The position numbers and the translations under genes were made by a program. A stretch of 64,000 nucleotides of DNA, taken from NCBI GenBank assembly GCA_964035545.1, contig OZ037769.1, positions 3,515,929-3,579,928 on the forward strand. Direction: 5' to 3'. This document shows, one piece after another, positions 51,746 to 64,000 of the stretch. This DNA is from Bugula neritina (lineage: Eukaryota; Animalia; Bryozoa). The notes under the pieces are model-generated. The model was not told the origin of the DNA and searched no databases. It saw nothing but the letters and a program-made list of their open reading frames with translations. Numbering within the stretch: the stretch's first letter is position 1; the number at the start of each line of letters is the position of its first letter.

Positions 51746-54700
51746 TTTTTGATTGTGGAAAATCGCTTAAAGCAGCACAAAGTAGTTTGGGAGGCATTGA
51801 GTATGGAGTTGATGGCTTAGAGTTTATACAAACACTGCACTCAATGACCAACAACTGTGTGCTGCTTCTAGCAAATTCCATCATTATATCTGAAAATTGA
51901 AAGTAACAAACACACCAACTTTTGTATGCCTATCCTTGTTTCTTTCTAACACAAACTTTATTAGCAATTAGAAAACTTTGAAAATTATCTTTATGCATGC
52001 AAAATAATTAAATTTTCACAATAATATTAATGTGTATAATAAGAATGCAAGCATTGCGCTTATCGCATATTATATAGCTGCTCTATTAAAACCTGTATAT
52101 TCTTTTTATAACTTATATATTTATATTTTTTACTTTCATGCTTCTTAATTTACTTTGATCATTTAATGTAATATTACGATTGATTGCTTTGGTAATATAC
52201 ATTTAACTAATAGTATGACATCATATGTGATTATAATTGTACTTTATATTTATTTTTATTATAAACCAAATTTTTAAAAGAACAAAAAACTGCCAGAAGA
52301 CACAAACCAAAATGGTTGAAGTTTTGTATAGATAACTTATTTCATTCAAGTGATTTATCTGAATATTTATTTTTTATTTGTTTAGAAATTATATATAATA
52401 ATAAATTTTTGCATCCAAGTTAAAAATGATGAAACTAACTTATTGCCAGTATTTTTATAACCCACTAAAGAAATTATGTAACCAACTACCTTACAATAAG
52501 TTTAAATTTCTTTCGCTATGGATACACAATTGCAATCTAGCAGCTTCTGAAGCCACTGCAATTCACAAACATTTTACTGATCCTAACAAAATCTACATTA
52601 AGTACATAAGTCTAATAACTATCATGCAGATAAAATAATACTTAATCTGGAATTAAGTTTTGCAGTTCAATCTACATGTGTGCATAACTCCAAACTAAAT
52701 GTTTCTATATATCAAATTGTAATCATTGCTTCAACAAATTGGAAGTTACAAATTATATTCCACATTCCCATCAAATGTTAAGCTTTTGAGTATTTATGCG
52801 TGTTTTTGTCTTTGGGTAGTTTTGCTCTTTGAACAAAATTATCTCATATCATATAAAATAAATATAAAGTATAATATTACAGCTAAAAGTATACAAATAT
52901 ATTGATATTGATATAAATTGTTACTAAGCTACTAGTTTTTGTCAAAATTGAAAACACAAAAATTTCATAGGACTTTTGACTCTGGCTGTTCTTTTGCACC
53001 AGTTTTGCTGCCGATTAACCTTAACCCTTAACCCTGTGAACGTAGTCAACGGAGGTTATTATGTTGAAATAACAGAATATTGTGATATATTTTTCTGAAA
53101 CTGTTTGTGTTTGAGAAACGCATTGCGTCAGTGGCCCACGTCACATCACAGTATGACTGAGTTTGTATGTAGAGCGTGTAATTAAGACTGGAGTTACACA
53201 AGCTGGGATATACTGGAATAAGGTAAAAAAACGTGACTAGTTTTGTTTCTCACAACAAGCTTTTATTTATTGTCATTACATAATGATTATTTCATATATA
53301 CCATTAGCTTATATATGTATAATCTTAGTCTACACATGCACATAGTTGGCAATTATACAGCACGCAAGATGCGACTATACCATATTGTTATGATGTACCT
53401 GTGTGCTATAATTATATGAGCCGCATGCAACATTCTACTATTTGTAACATATAATTTTTTCTAAATGTCGTAATGTTAAATTATATTTTACATTCATGCA
53501 CGCTGTAGAAGCATATGTTTTAAAACAAGAGTGCTAGGTAATGTGCAGATGTCTGCAGGTGGATCAAAACATATGCATCAAATCACATTGCAGCACTTAG
53601 TCACGTTTCAACCTTCTTTATGCATGCAAACAACAGCAATGCTTTTCAGATGTTTTTTTATTCAAAGTTATTCAATATTATATACAATCATTTTAAAATT
53701 TAAAATAGCCTGCCCATGGCAATGAATATATTATGCACATGTACTCTATCTATTGACGTTTGCCTCTACTTTGTGTATAAGATTTGCTTCTACACTTGGT
53801 TATTGCAGTTTGAGTGATAGATATATGATTTGTACACCTTTCAGTACATTTTGAAAATATAAATCCACTGCATGATTATTCATTTTTAGCAGCATCAAAT
53901 CATAGTGATAATATACTTGATTGTTAATTTACAATGATTGTTTAGTAGCTTTGAATAGCTTTCTATTAAAAGCTTTTTAATACAGGAATAATTTACAAAC
54001 TTTCATTTCATTAATAATTGATCGACTCTAATTTTCAGCCTTTTTGTATTTGCTGCCTTTCAAAGAAATTGGTTTTAAAAGATTTGCTGAAAAAAGAAGT
54101 TTTTTTTATAAGTAAACTAATTGAAATTTATTTTACAGATTTTTTTCATTAAAACAGTACCTTTAACAGTAATTAAGTAAATTTGCATTTCAACAAGTTT
54201 TTCTTGAACAATCATATCATTATAAACCTGCATGAATAATGAACCGGCACGAATAGTAAATTTCAAATACTGAAATATTTTTCAAATCACTCTAGCAATC
54301 AGAAAGGCATTGTGGGAAACCACCTATCATCTGCAAATTCTTTCCGGTTTGTGAAATTATTGGTAAATGTGTCAAAGTTAGAAACTGGGCTTTCATTCAA
54401 TAGCATGAAAACAATGTTTATTTTTTTTTAAAATGTGTCTTTAGATTTATTCACAGTTGGTTTAAGGTCATACTTTTCATTTTCTGGCTCTTTGCCAGGT
54501 GCTTTATGTTCTATATGAACAATGTTCCACTGATAGCTCGAACAGGTTGAATGTCACAGGAACAAAAAAAATATGAAAAGATAAAGAAACTTATGTTCTC
54601 CAATATACTTTTTTATTTTTTTCAAAAGCCAATTCATGTTTAAGTTATAGCTTGTTGAAAAACATAGTCCCCCTTCCACATTCTTTTCAATTTATACGCT

Positions 54701-56042
54701 CCTGACTTGTTATTGTGTCTCAATATGCCTTGTATTTGAGTGCTTGTTAGTCTCGCTTCACTAACTTTGCCTATACTTCACAAGTGCCAGTGCTGCTGGC
54801 TCAAAAGCTAAATGTTATAAACTGTCAGCTAAAACCCAATCTTGTATTCCTAGGTTGGTTGGCCTAAATAAAACAATAGTCAAATCATGATTTCATGTTT
54901 TAAAAATTTACTCTATTCTAACCTGCTGCCTAGCTAGTTCTATTTTTGATGTATAATTACAAAATTTGTGATACATTTTTTTGGCAACCATGTAATTTAT
55001 AAAATGCAGTAATGGTACTTATAATATTATATTATTATCATTATAATATATTATATAGTATTATGTGTGTTTTTATTATCCTGCATAATATCTAATTTAT
55101 TATTGTTGTTGTGCAAACAAGTGCAATTAACCTAGTTTTCAAAATGTACCTCTAAATTATCAGAATATCAGTTTAGATATTTTCATGCTTTGTAAGGTAA
55201 ACCTAAAAAAAGAGGCTGTATTCCCAAAGTAAAGGGTGTTGAACTATGAACTATATTAGATTAGCCACTCTGCTACCAAGTGCATCAGTATAATATTATA
55301 TGAATAGCTCTGATGCTTTGTCTCCGGTGGCTGGCTGCGATGATAACTTGGCCAACTTCCAAGAGTTTAAAATTGGCGCAATTATTCAAGAGGTTACATA
55401 CTGCACAGAGCTAGCAGTGATAGTAACCTTGCTATTGGCAGTACTTATTACAACTGCCAGCATATAAGCTGCATTGTAGAATGCCGTTGGGGCAGGCTAG
55501 TAAAACCAAATTCTGCTCTCTAATATACCTTAGACAAAATGCAGCAACATAATTTTTAGTTTCAAATTACATTTGCCACCCTTACATGAGCTGTGGGCTT
55601 CATAAAGATTCATATGATTAGAGATTTATGCTATAGGCCCTATCTGTGCTAGTGTATGATGAAAATAACACACCATTGTCAAAGTTAACTTCAAGTATGT
55701 TGTTTTCCAGAAACTCAGTAATGTCCATTTATCTCTCGCATACAAATACTTATGTAATACCATACAGTTTAAGTTTTATTTTAGAGCACATCTGCAAACT
55801 CTACAATAAGAGCTTGCTTTACCAGTCTATTTCAGACCTGTTTTTGTAGCTAGTAATACGCAAGCTACTTATTTTTAAACTTTTGGGTTATTTGTTCAAA
55901 ACCATTAGCTTTGCTAGTAACCCGAGACTATTGCAACAGTTGACTGCTATCAACATGAATTGACAGCCTAATAATTATAACCCTTTTGCGCGCGAAATAT
56001 TTATGTAATGATAGTTACTCATATAGTGCGCGTCTTATTAAC

Positions 56043-56126
56043 GATGACTGCGTGGTCTAGAGGTTAGAGGCGTCAGCGAGGAGTTAGTTGGTTATGGTTC
56101 AACCCTGTTTTGTCACAATTTTTTTG
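56043..56126 (+). other. tRNA-like Pol III element (SINE head or tRNA pseudogene)
   Basis: A box TGGTCTAGAGG (56053-56063), B box GGTTCAACCC (56096-56105), TGAC/GTCA stem remnant, T7 run at 56119-56125. No clean cloverleaf. Confidence 0.45.
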
Positions 56127-57458
56127 TCAACTTATGCAAATCCTACGCATGTATAATAAATATGGCTATAATTGTAAAGTTTTTTTTTAACTTTTGTTCA
56201 ACAGTAAGACAACATACATGCATAATAATTAGATACTGAACACTGGACTAAACCTTAAAATGATCTTATAGAATACAATGTACTTAAAATAATCATATGT
56301 GAATTAGAGAAACTGAAAGTACACCTGCTGTACTATAGACAGACCTTTACTGACAAGACTGCAAAGTGAAGTGATTTAGCTGAAATTAACTCTGCCAAAC
56401 AAACAAAGAATTATGTTGTGCTGAGGCATTTTCAATATATTATTGTAACATAGTGAGATGATTCAGCTAAGTGCTAATGTAAAACAGGGAACATTATATT
56501 GGCAGAAATCCAATAGACTGCCAATTTGTGCGAGAGGGTACTATAATTATGTTATTGTGATAGCGCAGAGCGGCAAACGTACTAGGAATGTTATAATTAG
56601 TCACAGGAGCGTAGCTAGAACCACCATATGAAGAATTTAGAAAATTGCAGTGAAACTTGCAAAATGGTGTATGTTTTTACCAAATTGTGAAGAGCATAAA
56701 AAGAATTTCAAAAAACAAAGAAAGTATATTAGAGAAAACATATCAAGGAATGTCAAGTTTAACTTTTATACTTTATAAAATGAATCCCCTGTGCTACAGC
56801 AGTAGAACATGGAGGGTGTAAAATTTTACTTATTATGCAACAACTTTCTCAAAAAATTTTTTATTGAAAAATTAAAAAAGTATATGAAAGAGGAATGCAA
56901 GAGCTATCTTTTCATGTAAAATTTGTTAATGTGAGACAAAAACTGTTCGAGCTATCCCCTGGAAACCGTTTATATATAACATAAAGCAGTGCCTGAATCT
57001 GGAAAGTAATGACCTTAAACCAACTGTGTTAGCATCCTTCATGTCAACTGGGGCCTGTATGAGAGAGCCGTATAGCATCAGAGCTATACACAGATCATCA
57101 AAGTGACTTTCATATGTGCAGAGCTTATAAGTGTGACATGAGTTACTGTATTTCTGTGTAAATTTGCACTCAATCAAGTATGCTATGGACATGCGTTGTA
57201 CAAAATGCTATCCTTGCGCAATGATATAATTTACACATAATTATAATACATATATACATGCATTGCATGATGATAGGTATACAGTTATGCCACAAATAGA
57301 AGCAGAGGGTTTTATTTGCCTGTTATTGATTGATGCACAACATATTAATAAAAAAAGAAGTCAAAATATCAACATATGAAAAATTTAGAAAGAAAACAAA
57401 AACCTTTAAATAACTTGCATGCAGTTCTTCTAGCATGAGCATAAGTGTAAACAGAATT

Positions 57459-57573
<115 letters not shown>

Positions 57574-58665
57574 ATTTATGCAGTATAATTAAAGGAAAAT
57601 TAAAGTTTGATGTCTATACGGTTATAACAGAAAAGACAGCAGTAACTTGAAAGTTCATAAGCTGCAAAAAGAACATTGTTGCTGCTGAGATATGCACTAG
57701 GCATAAAATTTTGTCTCTATTAACTGCATTCTATTGGCATCTAAACAATTTTATTATTGCATAGAAAAATTGTTATTTTCATTATACGATCTAGACGTTT
57801 TTTACATTGGTATATAGACTATGTTACAGGCTAGTAACTGCAGCTACTAAAATGGCTGATATATACATGCGTATCTGGTATTTCATTGTGGCAAATTGTT
57901 GTCGGCCGGCTTTATAAAAGATACTTTTCACAGCACACAAAAATATGTCTCAATTGGTTTTATTAATTGTATAAACTTATTATGCCACACTGCAGAGTCA
58001 TTTTTATACTTGCCTGAACTCAAAAACAATATTCATGAGCTCATGATCTGATTAAGATTGTTGCAATAAAAATATCAGCTAGGAAATTGAATTAGTTTAA
58101 GTATAAAGTGGAGCTGTGAGTTGTAAGAATTTTTTTGAAATCATTAAACATTGAATGATTTCACCTACCACAAGCAGAATTTCAGAAAATCAGTTAAAAA
58201 ATCTAGCTCACATAGACTCTACAACGATTAGAAATGCTTTCAATTTTGTGGTAAAGCTTTTGTGTTGCTAATGGCAACCAATGAAAAGTGTACTTGAATG
58301 CTATTGGCCAACTGTCCCAGATAATTATTATATATCACTTAGCTTCATGGAAGGAATTGGTATATAAAGGGTTGCATATTATAATGCTCAGACAGTTACT
58401 GGAACTTGTGCATTCAGTGTGCGCGCGGAAAACAAATTTTAAAAAATATTCGCATTTTTGGGAGAGTAATACGGCTGTTTCAAAATGGTGGTCTTCCCAT
58501 ATGCTGATGGGAACGATGTAATTGATAGAGGTATTGAGAAGAATTTACTATAATTTAATTTTTTTTGTAAAACTGGGCAAAAGTTGTTCAACAATTATAC
58601 ATGACAATCGATGTAGAGGAATAAAATTGAAACTGAATTATTATTCTGTGATATGTTTTATAGGA

Positions 58666-61600
58666 ATGAAGGGTATTCACTCAATTCAACAATGGATACA
58701 AGAAAAGCTTTCTACAAGTAAAAGTAGCATAGCCACAAATCCTACAGCTAGAACAGCGGGGCTCATAACCCCAGCCTCAGTGCCTGAGTTCTCTATTCCA
58801 GTGACAGGAAAATCTTGCCGGATTTTTCAAACTGGTTTATCTCAAAGTTTTGATGACGACATGGTTCTGCACACAGCAACTAAACCAAAGGTAAGATAAC
58901 TCCTAGGAAAAGAAAATTGGCGCCATATTAAAATTAGTTTTAGTGAATATTATGTTGAAAGTGAAGATGATTATTTGCAGTTTTTAATTTTAACCTAATG
59001 TAAGCATTGCATAGAAACTAATAAGTGCAGTGAATGAACACTTTTTAATGGCTACTACATATAAGTTATTTTTTTGTTTTATTGTAGATACTTTTAGCCT
59101 AAATACATGCAAAAATGTTTGTTTCTTTTGTGTTTTAAACGATTTTTGATCAACGGTTGAAGTATCTTAATAATATACCAAATTATGAGTTTTTTCCAAA
59201 TAAATTTGATGCAATTGTATCATTTTGATAAGAAAAGAGGTTCTTTTGCTACTTGGAATTTCTTTCTAACTAAAAAAACACTGCAATTCATTAAAAAACC
59301 TCGTAAATAATTATATAGGAGCCATGCAGGAAAGTCAACAGTGTACCGAGTGTCTTGTCAAACATGGCGATGGAGATGGAGAGCCTGGAGTCATACCACG
59401 AGCCTGGGTACCAAGCAGCTGTCAGCCTACCTCACCTTAGGATGCAGACACCATATGGGTTCACTTATGTGACAGAGAGACCTCACACCCACCGCTCAGA
59501 GTCACTGCTGATTGGATCTATTAACGCAGAATCTATAAAACTGTTCAATGAAATCAGACGGAAACAGCAAAATAACAATGACTGTAAGTGTAAAAATAGT
59601 CAAGATCCTGTATTTTTGTTAAACTGTACTAAACCATTACATGATATTATAAAGAAATACTATTTGTTTATTAAAACCATGTAACCTACATTAAAAACTT
59701 CAACTTTAGCACTGCTGTTATGTAATTTAGAAATCTTATTCTTTGAAACTTGGTTAATTCTGCTAAATGTAATACCCATATTATTATGTCTAAAATCTAT
59801 AAACATAATTATAGTGGCAATTGACCTGCACGTAGTGTAATCTTGTTTCAGACTATCGAAGGCATTCATCTCATCTGGCACGATTACCACGGAATAAGCA
59901 AAGCGAACCAATACCCACAAAAAGAAGCAGTTATTCTAGTTTATTTTCGTCCTCATTACCATCAGAGTCATGTTCTTCTCGAATATATTTGAGGAGAAGA
60001 TCTTCTTTATCCAGTCTTTATACTGATGACGTGAGTTTTCTCCTCTTGGCAGTGCAGCTCGTGTAACATAATATATTAGAGTTAAAATATAAACTGTATA
60101 TGGGAATATTAAAACAATGAAGCACATAGCATAATAAAAGGTTATGTGATGTCACCAAAGATTGTTGTTTAATTGGATGAACGCGCTATTATGTTTTAAC
60201 ATAACTCAGAACTTTACTTTATATAATGAGCAAAAATTAGTTTAAAATAGTGTCCTTCAGTATAATTGTTCCATTGTTTCATAAGCAATTATACACAGTT
60301 AATGCATAGTTATATAAATGCAAGACTATAAAATTAACATAAATTACCAAGTTTATTACGTTACAGCAAAATTAAATAACATTTGTATTTTAAAAAAGTT
60401 TCTTTTACAGAAATGATGTTGATGTTTAAATTCTTTATACCCCATTTTATTGTTTTAATATACCTACAGGTGTTTGCGGAAGACGATTTGATTTACCTGA
60501 GTAGAGAAGAGGCTCATAAAGTGGCGCCTCTGGGAGAGATGAAGTTGTCTCTCCTCTACAACCGACAGACCAATCAGCTACGAGTATCCGTAATCAAAGT
60601 AGAGAATCTGATGAGTGACTCGACCAATATTGATTGTAACCCGTACGTTAAGGTGTCCTTAGAGCCCGGGAAGTCACAAAAACAACAATCAGAAGTGTTT
60701 CGTGGGAAGAAAAATCCTCAGTTTGAAACAGATTTCGTTTTCAAGAATGTCACAAGAGATGATCTGAAGAAGAAATCCATCAGATTCAAAGTCTGTAACA
60801 AAGTGGGTTCTGCAGTTTCGTTGTACAGCAAGAAGCATGTGATGGCTGAAGTGATGCTGTCATTAAATCAGCTCGGTCTCGAGTTTGGAGAAGAAGTGAG
60901 ACTCTGGAAGGATCTAGAATCCGTTAGCGATGCTCAGGTAAATTAAAATTATATAAGCTACATTTCGAATTGAAGTTTTTAAAACTTAGGAATCAAAAAG
61001 TCATGAATGTAGCACAAAAGGTGATGCATAATAGAAATAGCAATGCACTAAAATATATCCAGAATAGGCAAATGCGCATGCTGAGTTGAAACGCTTTTTG
61101 AATACCAATTCTGTATTCGAAATCATGACCCAGACACTGCTCTTTGTTTACGTATTAAACTTAACTATTTTGTAATGTATTCTTATCAGCAAATACCCAG
61201 CTTAATCTAGTAACAACTAACAAGTATAAAAACAAGGTAATTCTTACTGCCATGTTCTTTATCTCAACTTATACATGTTATAACTGTAACCACTCACGTC
61301 CAAGTTACACAACATTATGAAATGATGTTACAAAAGCATAGTATTGACTTGTAACTTCCTTCCTTGTAGTGATAAACCATAATTTTTAATTTATATTACA
61401 CCTAAAATTTTAAAGCTTATCTACCTATACATACAAGCGGTTTTCTTATTGGTAAACAACAATCATCTAAATTATTGACTTTGTTGCTAGATTTATTGCC
61501 CTATTAACATGATTTAGCACAGTTTGGTTTATTTCCTTTTAGCCTCTGGGTTACCTGAATGTCACAGTTAGTCTAGACACAAAAGAGAAACAATTATCAG

Positions 61601-62396
61601 TGACAGTTGCAGAGGCCCCGAACTTGAATTCATCATCTAACCCTAGTAAGTCTGATTTCCTTTTTACAGTTTTTTAACAATTTTTTTTCAATACCTAAAT
61701 TGTTCAGGCATATGTATTGCCTACTCTACAAGCAAATATTATGATGCACTGAAAGCAATTTTACAATGGCTAAATTGAAATATTTTTGAATAAACTGCGC
61801 ATGATAACATTGCGAACTTCACACAGCTATATGCAGACAGAATCAAGGTTTCTCTGCTGCAAAAGCTCTTTTCTGTTGAAGGAAAATAATAGCAGTCTTG
61901 CACAACAACTTGATTAGGAAAGATAATTACAAAACTTTACAGTAAACAAAAAGCTATAGACAAAAGCAAGTAATGTGCCAGCAGCTATAAGCAATAATAC
62001 AATTTTATATATAGATTGTGATATCTTTGAACTTATTTATACAACAATACTGTTGTGCTTTCAGATTCTTATGTGAAGGTTTGTGTCTCACAATTTGGTC
62101 GCTCCAATGTGAAGAAACAAACTCAGGTACAAAAGAACAGCACCAGTCCAAATTTCGATGAAACTTTCGTGTTTTCGATTTCGCCGAGTGCCAGAAATTT
62201 AGAGACGGCGACTATTTGTATCAAAGTGATGAACAAAGAGTTGATAAAAGGTGACTCAGTAATTGGAGAAATAATTTTAGGGGATATATGTGACTCAAAC
62301 CATGAGAGCTATAACGATTCTTTTTGGGAGAGTCTCCTATCGTCCCCAACTAAATGTTTGAGCCAGTGGCTAGAAATTAGCCCAGGATTATCTTAG
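58666..62396 (+). CDS. C2CD4-like protein with tandem C2 domains, copy 2
   Basis: Same exon structure as copy 1 (approx. 58666-58890, 59319-59583, 59852-60030, 60470-60937, 61543-61645, 62065-62396); frame intact; about 12 amino-acid differences. Non-coding exon donor ~53222. Confidence 0.85.
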
Positions 62397-64000
62397 TTTT
62401 TGATTGTGGAAAATCGCTTAAAGCAGCACAAAGTAGTTTGGGAGGCATTGAGTATGGAGTTGATGGCTTAGAGTTTATACAAACACTGCACTCAATGACC
62501 AACAACTGTGTGCTGCTTCTAGCAAATTCCATCATTATATCTGAAAACACACCAACTTTTGTATGCCTATCCTTGTTTCTTTCTAACACAAACTTTATTA
62601 GCAATTAGAAAACTTTGAAAATTATCTTTATGCTTGCAAAATAATTAAATTTTCACAATAATATTAATGTGTATAATAAGAATGCAAGCATTGCGCTTAT
62701 CGCATATTATATAGCTGCTCTAATAAAACCTGTATATTCTTTTTATAACTTATATATTTATATTTTTTATACTTTCATACTTCTTAATTTACTTTGATCA
62801 TTTAATGCAATATTACGATTGATTGCTTTGATAATATACATTTAACTAATAGTATGACATCATATGTGATTATAATTGTACTTTATATTTATTTTTATTA
62901 TAAACCAAATTTTTAAAAGAAAAAAAAACTGCCAGAAGACACAAACCAAAATGGTTGAAGTTTTGTATAGATAACTTATTTCATTCAAGTGATTTATCTG
63001 AATATTTATTTTTTATTTGTTTAGAAATTATATATAATAATAAATTTTTGCATCCAAGTTAAAAATGATGAAACTAACTTATTGCCAGTATTTTTATAAC
63101 CCACTAAAGAAATTATGTAACCAACTACCTTACAATAAGTTTAAATTTCTTTCGCTATGGATACACAATTACAAACTAGCAGCTTCTGAAGCCACTGCAA
63201 TTTACAAACATTTTACTGATTCTAACAAAAATCTACATTAAGTACATAAGTCTAATAACTATCATGCAGATAAAATAATACTCAATATAGAATTAGGTTT
63301 TGCAGTTTAATCTACATGTGTGCAGCTCCAAACTAAATGTCTCTATATATCAAATTGTAATCATTGCTTCAACAAATTGGAAGTTACAAATTATATTCCA
63401 CATTCCCATCAAATGTTAAGTTTTTGAGTATTTATGCGTGTTTTTGTCTTTGGGTAGTTTTGCTCTTTGAACAAAATTATCATATATCATATAAAATATA
63501 TATAAAGTACAATTATAGTTACTTAAGTATAAAAATATATTGATATACTGATGTATATTGTTACTAAACTTCTAGCATTAATTGTTGAAATTGAAAATAC
63601 AAAAATTTCATGAGAATTTCGACTCCGGTTGTTCATTAACCCTGTCTATATAGTCAACAGAGGTTATTATGTTTAACAATTATTCTCTTAAAAAGTGCTA
63701 ATACTAGCGAAAAATTATTTTAGGTTTTTTGACCTGCTATTCTAATTATATTGAGTTTTATTCCAAAGGGCCAGTTGTTAAAGCTGAAAGTATAATCTGA
63801 ATGAACAAGAGTCAAATAGATATTAGCATGTTATTGTAGAGATACAAAATCTGGTTGCAAACAATCCATGTGATATTTATAGCTAAAGCTAATGTTTATT
63901 GCAAAGTGCTTCATACATTTCATGTCTAAATGTTATACTTGAACTTGTTTTGCTTCCATACTTAATGTTATAACTGAACTTGTAATGAACTACATTCAGG

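Noticed and set aside
53013-53036. TTAACC(C) x3 near the duplication junction as a telomeric seed or piggyBac end
   Set aside because: Only three imperfect units and no matching opposite terminus found.
56500-56920. Purine-rich stretch resembling a decayed LINE ORF
   Set aside because: No diagnostic RT or endonuclease motif could be read.

Overview
AT-rich, intron-rich nuclear DNA from an invertebrate animal (GT-AG introns, AATAAA signals); the species cannot be identified from sequence. Gene order: the 3' end of a small membrane-protein gene (+); a 3-coding-exon single-pass membrane protein with a TMEM145/GPR180-type luminal domain but no 7TM bundle (+); a ~2.9-kb non-autonomous foldback DNA transposon (~890-bp TIRs, GTGA TSD); citrate synthase (-) head-to-head with MRPS23 (+); PHF14 (+); an uncharacterised WD40 protein (-) head-to-head with mitochondrial ketoacyl-ACP synthase OXSM (+); and two tandem copies of a C2CD4-like tandem-C2 gene (+). 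Repeats include an R4-like retroelement remnant, a compound palindromic MITE, several splice-site-adjacent minisatellites, a 181-bp perfect duplication, palindromes, a tRNA-like Pol III element and a (TA)n tract. The most unusual signal is degenerate 6-bp-periodic DNA just downstream of several gene starts. In MRPS23 intron 1 it visibly interrupts an older retrotransposon ORF with short insertions, suggesting a promoter-proximal insertion process. Exon coordinates were read by eye and gene names rest on recalled family motifs, not on database searches.
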